A stretch of 64,000 nt of DNA. Origin: Spirulina sp. CCNP1310. GTDB lineage: Bacteria > Cyanobacteriota > Cyanobacteriia > Cyanobacteriales > Spirulinaceae. The notes beneath the pieces are model-generated. The model saw nothing but the letters and a program-made list of their open reading frames with translations. It searched no databases and was not told where the DNA came from. The stretch lies in the NCBI RefSeq assembly GCF_034932185.1, contig NZ_JAYGHW010000066.1, forward strand, positions 35,180-99,179, in the 5' to 3' direction. The position numbers were made by a program, and so were the translations under genes. Below, in pieces: positions 57,372 to 64,000 of the stretch. Numbering within the stretch: the first letter of the stretch is position 1; the number at the start of each line of letters is the position of its first letter.

Positions 57372-57911
57372 ATGCAAGCCCTTAAACTTCAAGGCCTCTT
57401 CGCCCCCCGCTTTTGGCAAAACCTGCTCCCCCTCCCCGCTCAACCCGCATTACAACGGGGCCAAAAGTTGCCGGACTTTCTCCTACCCGATGCCACCCAT
57501 CGCACCACCGTCAAGCTTTCTAGTTTTATCGGCCAAAGTCCGGTCTTATTAGCCTTTACGCGCATCTTCACGGAAAACCACTATTGCCCCCTCTGTTATC
57601 CCCATATTGTGGAACTGAATCAACGGTATGAAGAATTTACAGGGCAGGGGATCGGGGTGTTGATGATTGCCAGCACCGATAGCCGTCAAAGTCAGCGAGT
57701 CGTGGCGGATTTGGGGTTGAAAATGCCGCTGTTGAGTAATCCCAGTTGCGATGTATTTCGGCTCTACGGCACAGGGCAAGCCCTGGGTGCGCCACTCCCA
57801 GCCCAGTTACTTATGGATCGGGAAGGGCGACTCGCTTATCAGCACCGCTTTTCATTCCTAGAACCCAACGCCTCCGTCGATAAGTTATTGCAAATCTGCC
57901 AAGGGAAATAA
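57372..57911 (+). CDS. Redoxin/AhpC-TSA-family thiol-disulfide oxidoreductase-like protein.
   Basis: Thioredoxin-fold pattern with a CPLC motif (VLLAFTRIFTENHYCPLCYPHIVEL). Confidence 0.6.
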   Translation: MQALKLQGLFAPRFWQNLLPLPAQPALQRGQKLPDFLLPDATHRTTVKLSSFIGQSPVLLAFTRIFTENHYCPLCYPHIVELNQRYEEFTGQGIGVLMIASTDSRQSQRVVADLGLKMPLLSNPSCDVFRLYGTGQALGAPLPAQLLMDREGRLAYQHRFSFLEPNASVDKLLQICQGK

Positions 57912-57920
57912 CGACTAACC

Positions 57921-57950
57921 TGTAGGGACGAAAAATTTTTCGCCCCTACC
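57921..57950. repeat. Dispersed palindromic repeat, copy h (TGTAGGGACGAAAAATTTTTCGCCCCTACC).
   Basis: It lies 10 bp after the redoxin stop. Confidence 0.8.
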
Positions 57951-57960
57951 CATCAAAGAA

Positions 57961-57992
57961 AAACCCCCCTGAAACAGGGAGGTTTTTTACTT
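57961..57992. terminator. Bidirectional rho-independent terminator between the redoxin (+) and porin (-) genes.
   Basis: AAAACCCCCCTG-AAA-CAGGGAGGTTTTTTAC: a GC stem flanked by an A-tract and a T-tract. Confidence 0.65.
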
Positions 57993-58019
57993 TTAACAGA
58001 ATCCGATCATCACCAATTC

Positions 58020-59738
58020 CTAGAAGGAGAACGTGGTGCGGAGGGTTCCGATGATGGCATCGCTACCCGTGCCACCCAGTTGTTGGTTGGGATCTGTCAA
58101 CCAGATCACACCGGGGGTGATGCTGATGTTGTCGCTGATTTGGTATTTGTAGAAGGCTTCTAAGTGCCAGGAAAAATCCTTGCGGAAGGCGGTGTTATTC
58201 GCGTTCACCCCTTCGAGACCCCGGAGCGTGGGCTGTGCGCCACCGAACAAACCGAGGACACTGCCTTCTTTACCCAAGTCGGGGAAGGCCAAACCAGCCC
58301 CAAACGTCCAAATATCTGCATCACCCCGGCTGATTAAGCGGGCTTGGGTGAGGGTGGCAAAGCCACTGAAGGAAATGGCATCACTGGGGCGAAGGGCAAC
58401 GGATACACCGTAGGAGTTACTGGAAATGCCTCGGCTCTCGAAGGCTGTACCTGCCGCCCCAAAGGTTGCGGCTGCACCGATAGGATTATTGGCTAAGGCG
58501 GTTCCCACTAGCCCATTCAAAGGATCACCGGCAGCATTGGCAGCACCCGATCCGAAGATGGGGCTTTGGCCAGAGTGGTAAGCGTGGACGTAGGTGAGAC
58601 CTAAACCAAAGCGATCGCTAATGTTGGCATTGATTTGACCCAACATCGCGTAGTCACTATTGACCAAGCCACGGCTGGGGGTGGAGGCTTGACCCGCCAA
58701 GTAACCCAAAGTGAGGGTGCTGGGGCCAAGGATGCTTTCAATCGGGGTGAACCCTAAGCTAATCGCCGCCCCCGTACCGCCACCAATGCGGTAGATCGGG
58801 TTACGGGATGCAAAGGTGGACAATGCGCCGTTACCGCCGTCATTGTCATCAAAGTAGGGGTTCAGCGTGGGGGCAAAGTCATCCCACGCACCGCCAGTGG
58901 CAGCCACATAGGCGCGGGAATTTTGGAAGGGGAAGTAGTAAGCCAACCAATCCACTTCAACATTGTTGCCGTTGTCGGGACTGTTGAAGGTTTGTCGTCC
59001 TTCAAAACCAGTAACTTCCCCAACGGTGGGAAGCACGCCCAAGTTACCGGCGGCCAAGCGAGTCACTAAGCGGTCTTCACCGGTAAAGCTGGTGTTCAGT
59101 TCGAGGCGCACCCGGTTGCCAAACACTGCATCAGTAACACTGTTAAACGCATCAGCGGCATCTTCGTTGCTGCTGAAGTCGCTGGTGAGGGCGAAGATTG
59201 CTTCCCCGTCCAGTTTGGTGGTGGTGGAGAATTGGTGATCTTCCAGGAAGGCGACGCGGCCTTCGAGGGCATCGACGCGGGTTCCGAGGGTAGCCAATTC
59301 GGCTTCAAATTCTTGGATGAGGCGTTGGAGCGCTTCGAGATCGGAGCGGGTCACGAAATCAGCGGTGGAAGCGGCGATCAAACGCTCGATTTGTTGTAAG
59401 CAGGCGTTTAAACCAGCGGCAAATTCGTAGCGGGTCAGGGAGCGGTTACCCCGGTAGGTGCCGTTGGGATAGCCTTTTAAGCAGTCATAGCGACGGACTA
59501 AATCGTCTAAGGCTTGGAATGCCCAATCGTTGGGGGAGACATCGGAGAACTGTGCTGCACCGGGAACCCCTTGGCCGAGGCTGCCATTGCTGTCTTCTGT
59601 GCCGTAGCGGTTGATTTGATCCAATACTTCAGCATTGGGAGCCGTTTGGGCGGCTGCACCCGTTGCGGTGGCAAGGGCGATCGCCAAGCCGAGCAATGCG
59701 GGGCTAACGCGGTTCAACTTAAAAAAGTTTTTAGCCAT
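58020..59738 (-). CDS. Outer-membrane porin with an N-terminal SLH domain and an OprB-like beta-barrel (iron/carbohydrate-selective porin family).
   Basis: Signal peptide, SLH motif (FSDVSPNDWAFQALDDLVRRYDCLKGYPNGTYRGNRSLTRYEFAAGLNA), a coiled coil, then a Gly/aromatic-rich barrel ending in ...TTFSF. Confidence 0.85.
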   Translation of the reverse strand: MAKNFFKLNRVSPALLGLAIALATATGAAAQTAPNAEVLDQINRYGTEDSNGSLGQGVPGAAQFSDVSPNDWAFQALDDLVRRYDCLKGYPNGTYRGNRSLTRYEFAAGLNACLQQIERLIAASTADFVTRSDLEALQRLIQEFEAELATLGTRVDALEGRVAFLEDHQFSTTTKLDGEAIFALTSDFSSNEDAADAFNSVTDAVFGNRVRLELNTSFTGEDRLVTRLAAGNLGVLPTVGEVTGFEGRQTFNSPDNGNNVEVDWLAYYFPFQNSRAYVAATGGAWDDFAPTLNPYFDDNDGGNGALSTFASRNPIYRIGGGTGAAISLGFTPIESILGPSTLTLGYLAGQASTPSRGLVNSDYAMLGQINANISDRFGLGLTYVHAYHSGQSPIFGSGAANAAGDPLNGLVGTALANNPIGAAATFGAAGTAFESRGISSNSYGVSVALRPSDAISFSGFATLTQARLISRGDADIWTFGAGLAFPDLGKEGSVLGLFGGAQPTLRGLEGVNANNTAFRKDFSWHLEAFYKYQISDNISITPGVIWLTDPNQQLGGTGSDAIIGTLRTTFSF

Positions 59739-60005
59739 GGTTGTTTATCCTCACACCTTCAGTCAATGTTTACGGCAGTTCAATGGACACCGTAGTCTGT
59801 CAGACTACCATACCTTAGCAGAGTTAGCAGCAGTCACATCAGCAATTTTAACCAAAATTCGGATGATTTTGCGACATTCACGCTGAAATTTACTGAAATT
59901 GAATTGATTGCTCCATTTGTGAACCTCGGGGGGCATTATAGCAATTTTGCCTTTCGGTGGCAGGATTTCTCCTCCCTTAGGGCCGTGGGGTTTTCCCCCT
60001 CAGGG

Positions 60006-60938
60006 CTAGAGCTTTTGCCAGGCGCTACCCCCTTGAGTCAGCCTGAGATTCAGCAACGACAGGGTAAAGATCACGAGGAACAAGGCTAAACCGATGGTGC
60101 AGGCGTAACTAATCTCTAAATTCTGAAAGGCTTGCTCATAGAGATAGTAGACCACGGTTTTCGAGCTATTGAGGGGCCCCCCTTGGGTCATGATGTAAAT
60201 TTCTTCAAAAACTTTGGTAGCCGAAATGGCAGAAATAACCGCCACCAATACCCAATAAGGGCGCATTAGGGGAATGGTAATATCCCAATGTTTTTGCCAG
60301 CCGGTTGAGCCATCAAGGGCTGCGGCTTCGTAAAGATCCAGGGGAATACTTTGCAATCCCGCCAGATAAATCACCATGTAATACCCTAATCCTTTCCAAA
60401 TGGTAACAACCATTACACTCCATATCGACCAATGGGGGTCAGTGAGCCAGGGAATCCCTTGGGCAAAACCGAGAAATTGCAAACATTGATTAATCAGGCC
60501 ATTGGAGGCATAGAGGGCATTCCAGGCGATGCCGGCCACGACCATGGAGATCACCACTGGGGCATAAAAAGCCATGCGAAACCAGTGAATTCCCCTGAGT
60601 TTTTGATTGACTAAAATCGCTAAACCGAGGGGGAAGATCACTAAAATGGGAACGACTCCCATTAGATAGATCAGTGTATTCCCTAGGGTTTTCCAAAAGA
60701 CGGGATCTTGACTGAGGCGTTGGAAGTTTTGCCAGCCAATCCAACTGGGCGGTTGGGTGAGATCATAGCCATAGCGGGTGAAACTGAGGGAAAATGCTTG
60801 GATAGCCGGTAAAAATACGGTCAAGCTGAGGATGAAAAGGGCGGGAAAGAGGAAAAGATAAGGAGTCCAACGGGGGGAACGGAAAGGTGAAGGCAGGGGC
60901 ATTGTCTTGTTCAGGAAGAGGATAGAATGGTTCTGCAT
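60006..60938 (-). CDS. Carbohydrate ABC transporter permease (MalF/UgpA-type).
   Basis: Six TM segments and the EAA-like loop (LDLYEAAALDGSTGWQKHWDITIPLMRP). Confidence 0.8.
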   Translation of the reverse strand: MQNHSILFLNKTMPLPSPFRSPRWTPYLFLFPALFILSLTVFLPAIQAFSLSFTRYGYDLTQPPSWIGWQNFQRLSQDPVFWKTLGNTLIYLMGVVPILVIFPLGLAILVNQKLRGIHWFRMAFYAPVVISMVVAGIAWNALYASNGLINQCLQFLGFAQGIPWLTDPHWSIWSVMVVTIWKGLGYYMVIYLAGLQSIPLDLYEAAALDGSTGWQKHWDITIPLMRPYWVLVAVISAISATKVFEEIYIMTQGGPLNSSKTVVYYLYEQAFQNLEISYACTIGLALFLVIFTLSLLNLRLTQGGSAWQKL

Positions 60939-61249
60939 TGAGACGCAGTTTGATGTTAGGATACCAACAGACTCGGGGCATCAGTGCTCAGATTAAGATT
61001 GCTAAGGGGTTACGAGGGCGAGCCGCGTTAGCGCACCGAATTACCGTTTTCAGGTCGGTTGCCCCATTGTTTAGACTGTCTCCGTGCATCTTCGCCATTG
61101 GTCTAGGGTAGAGAACTGTGCCATCTTCAGATTTTGCTGCCAATTTACCAGACCCTACTCCCCGGTTTCAGCCCGGCGGACTGTCTACGGGTGAGCTGTT
61201 TGCCTGTGGTGTGGGCGGATTAGATCATGCCCTCTGTTTACTCCGGGCG

Positions 61250-64000
61250 ATGCCTGTGCCGATGGTGGTGGCGCGGATGGCTGATTGTCAGGTGGGCTAT
61301 GCCAATGAACATTTTGAACAGATGTTTGGCATTGAGCCGGGCCAAGCACGGCGTATTGATGACTATTTTGATCCGGTGGCTTGGCAGGTGATTCAACAGG
61401 CTTTGTTGCAATACCGTTTTTTGCCTAACTATGAACTGCATCTGCGACGACAGGACGGCCAAAGGATTTGCGGGGTGGTGTCGTTGCAAATGTTTGAGCA
61501 GGGGGGAGAGGGCTGGGTGTTGGGGGTGTTTTATGACACCACTTATCCCCGTGCCATTGAGCAGGCGTTACAGGATCATCAGCGGCGCTTAACGAGGCTG
61601 AACCGTGAGCCTCGACAGCCTACCCATCGCGCCGAGGAAGAAAGCCAACTGCTCCAGGAACTGAGCCAGGTGATTAGTAACGCAGACCATTGGGAGGCGG
61701 CTCTGGCGGGGGTGGTGATGCGGGTCTGTGCGACGGTGGACTGTGTGATTGGTGAGGTGTGGTGTCCTGAACCGAGGGGGGAGGTTTTGGTGCTGAGTCC
61801 GGTGTGGCATAGTCGTTTGCCCGCTGCCCAAGGGGAGCGGTTCCGGGAGGCCAGTGTGGATTTTCGCTGTGGGCCGGGGGTGGGGTTGCCGGGGCGGGTC
61901 TGGGAGACCCAACAGTCCCAATGGTTCCCCGATGTCACCCTCGATCCGACGTTTTTACGATCGCACCTTGCTCAGGAATGTGGGATTAAATCGGGGTTTG
62001 GCACGCCGATCATGGCTCAGGGAAATGTGGTGGCGGTGTTGGTGTTTTTTTCCACCCGGGCGGAAGTTCGCGATCGCCGCCTTTTGAATGTGATGGGGGC
62101 GATCGCCACCCAATTGGGGGCCATGCGCCAACGACAACAGGCCACCGAAGCCGCAGGGGCGATCGCCACTGCCCTAGAAGAAAGTCAGCGGCAACTCACC
62201 AGCCTCATCGATGCCGTCCCCGGACTCTTTTTTCGCGCCTCCAGTGAAGACGGGTGGCCCATGACCTACATGAGCGCCGGCTGTCAAGCCCTCACCGGCT
62301 ACACCGTGCGGGAATTAGTCGATGCCCCCGACCATGCCTTTAATCGCGTCATCCACCCCGAAGATTTAGGCCGCGTCCTGGCCACGATGCGCACCCACCT
62401 CGAACGCCGTCAACCCTACGTTTTGGAATATCGGATCATCACCAAAACGCGGCAGGAAAAATGGGTTTGGGAAAAGGGCCATGGCGTTTACGATGCCACC
62501 GGAACCTTGCTGGCCATTGAAGGGTTTATTTCCGACATCACCGAGCACCGCCAAACAGAATTGGCTTTGCACTCTCATCTCAGCGAACTGCAAGCCCTCT
62601 TTGCGGCGATGACCGATATTATCCTGGTCTTGGATCATCAGGGAACCTACTTAAAAATTGCCCCCACCAATGCCCAACTCCTCTATCGACCGGCAGAAGA
62701 ACTCCTCGGCCATGGCATTGGGGACATCTTCCCCCCGGACATTGCCCAACTGTTTCTCAGCACGATCCACAAAGTCCTCGCCACTGACGAAACCCATCAC
62801 AACCTCGAATACGCCCTCGAAATGCGCGGCCAAACCTACTGGTTTTCCGCCACCATTTCCCCCACCGTTGATCGCACCGTTGTTTGGGTAGCGCGGGATG
62901 TCACCGCCACGAAGCTGGCCCATCAAGCCCTCGCAGAAGCGGAGCAAAACTACCGCAGTATTTTTGAAAATGCCCTAGAGGGAATTTTCCAAACCTCCCC
63001 CGATGGCCATTATCTCAGCGCCAACCCTTCCCTGGCCCGGATTTACGGCTATAGTTCCCCCGCTGAACTGATCACCTCCCTCACCGATATTGGCCATCAA
63101 CTCTATGTTGATCCACAGCAGCGGTTAGCCTTTCAACAGTTAATGGACGACCATGGCGTGGTGGTGGGGTTTGAATCGCAAGTGTATCGCCGCGATGGCC
63201 AGGTGATTTGGATTGCGGAAAATGCGCGGGCGGTGCGGGATGAAACGGGGCAAATTCTCCGCTATGAAGGCATGGTGATGGATATTACGGATCAAAAAGA
63301 GGTGGAGGCGGAACTCCATCGCCGCGCCTTTTATGATCCCCTCACCCAATTACCGAATCGGGCGCTGTTTCGGGTGCGTTTAAATGAGGCGATCGCCCGT
63401 AGCCAAGCCAGTGATGCCGCCCATCCCTATCATTTTGCGGTGTTATTTTTAGACCTGGATCGGTTCAAAATTGTCAACGATAGTTTGGGGCATTTGGTGG
63501 GGGATCAATTACTGATCGCCATTGCCCGCCGCATTGAACAATGTCTGCGTCACCATGATATGGTGGCTCGTTTAGGGGGGGATGAATTTACCATTCTTCT
63601 CGATGGCATTGAAGACATCCATGCGGCCACCGCCATTGCTGATCGCATTGAAACCGCCCTCCATGCCCCCTTTGAGTTGGAGGGTTATCAGGTGTTTACC
63701 GGAGCCAGTATTGGCATTGTCCTGAGTCGTAATGTCCATCCCCTCCAAGGGGTGGGCATCCATCAAACCGTTGAAGAGTTGTTGCGGGATGCGGATACGG
63801 CGCTGTATCAGGCCAAGGCGAGGGGCAAAGGCCGCTACGAACTGTTTACCCCCACCATGCATCAAAACGCTGTCAGCCAGATGCAACTCGAAACAGAACT
63901 CCGCCAAGCCTTAGCCAGCCAAGCCTTTTGTCTCTATTATGAACCGATTTTAGACCTGGCCACCCGGCGGATTGTCGGCCTAGAAGCCCTCCCCTATTGG
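61250..64000 (+). CDS. Multidomain c-di-GMP signalling protein (PAS-like, GAF, 3xPAS/PAC, GGDEF, start of EAL); 3' end beyond the window.
   Basis: The plus frame is open from the stop at 61109 to the window end. The first ATG is at 61250, with GTG possible at 61118. GAF (…VWCPEPRGEVLVLSPVWH...), PAS/PAC repeats, GGDEF motif (RLGGDEFTILL), and an EAL beginning (FCLYYEPILDL). Confidence 0.85.
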   Translation, partial: MPVPMVVARMADCQVGYANEHFEQMFGIEPGQARRIDDYFDPVAWQVIQQALLQYRFLPNYELHLRRQDGQRICGVVSLQMFEQGGEGWVLGVFYDTTYPRAIEQALQDHQRRLTRLNREPRQPTHRAEEESQLLQELSQVISNADHWEAALAGVVMRVCATVDCVIGEVWCPEPRGEVLVLSPVWHSRLPAAQGERFREASVDFRCGPGVGLPGRVWETQQSQWFPDVTLDPTFLRSHLAQECGIKSGFGTPIMAQGNVVAVLVFFSTRAEVRDRRLLNVMGAIATQLGAMRQRQQATEAAGAIATALEESQRQLTSLIDAVPGLFFRASSEDGWPMTYMSAGCQALTGYTVRELVDAPDHAFNRVIHPEDLGRVLATMRTHLERRQPYVLEYRIITKTRQEKWVWEKGHGVYDATGTLLAIEGFISDITEHRQTELALHSHLSELQALFAAMTDIILVLDHQGTYLKIAPTNAQLLYRPAEELLGHGIGDIFPPDIAQLFLSTIHKVLATDETHHNLEYALEMRGQTYWFSATISPTVDRTVVWVARDVTATKLAHQALAEAEQNYRSIFENALEGIFQTSPDGHYLSANPSLARIYGYSSPAELITSLTDIGHQLYVDPQQRLAFQQLMDDHGVVVGFESQVYRRDGQVIWIAENARAVRDETGQILRYEGMVMDITDQKEVEAELHRRAFYDPLTQLPNRALFRVRLNEAIARSQASDAAHPYHFAVLFLDLDRFKIVNDSLGHLVGDQLLIAIARRIEQCLRHHDMVARLGGDEFTILLDGIEDIHAATAIADRIETALHAPFELEGYQVFTGASIGIVLSRNVHPLQGVGIHQTVEELLRDADTALYQAKARGKGRYELFTPTMHQNAVSQMQLETELRQALASQAFCLYYEPILDLATRRIVGLEALPYW

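Overview
This window looks like a cyanobacterial chromosome segment. GC is about 55% and the HIP1 octamer GCGATCGC occurs every few hundred bp. It carries about 55 protein-coding genes, one clean tRNA-Pro, a tandem pair of tRNA-like genes, and several dispersed repeat families. In order, the genes are:
- the 5' part of a glutamate synthase large-subunit gene on the minus strand (it runs off the window start);
- a polar-amino-acid ABC ATPase, an HExxH lipoprotein (DUF4344-like), a NarL-type response regulator and a GT4 glycosyltransferase;
- a ~1.8 kb AT-rich, HIP1-free island bracketed by two copies of a ~35 bp palindromic repeat, encoding a TM2-domain protein, a HicA-like small protein with a Cys-rich insert, and an N-domain+HTH protein (a putative HicAB-like module);
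- the BolA and Grx(CGFS) pair, and a secreted protein with an internal tandem duplication;
- a cNMP-binding / Cys-less C39-like / ABC exporter, then tRNA-Pro(CGG);
- NfeD and SPFH, a P-loop GTPase with DUF697, SdhB, a cyAbrB regulator, a MoaD/CysO-like carrier next to ThrC, a GT39-like glycosyltransferase, CtpA, GT4, a sugar-phosphate nucleotidyltransferase, ScpA and a COP23-like protein;
- the tRNA-like pair, a large SPFH protein, a Ser/Thr kinase, a RbcR-like LysR regulator, NnrU, an ABC1 kinase and a PP2C phosphatase;
- a 14.5 kb same-strand signalling supercluster: REC-HK, REC-GGDEF-EAL, a 1962-aa CBS-GAF-PAS hybrid kinase, PAS-HK, REC, and REC-PAS-HK-REC;
- a family-5 substrate-binding protein, a redoxin, an SLH-OprB porin, a sugar ABC permease, and the 5' part of a PAS/GAF-GGDEF-EAL protein.
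The most unusual items are:
- the AT-rich island with the HicA-like module and its promoter/operator;
- an 8-copy palindromic repeat family;
- heptanucleotide STRR-like arrays that abut gene stops;
- a 35-bp tandem repeat array;
- the anomalous tRNA pair;
- sensor-kinase modules duplicated at the nucleotide level.
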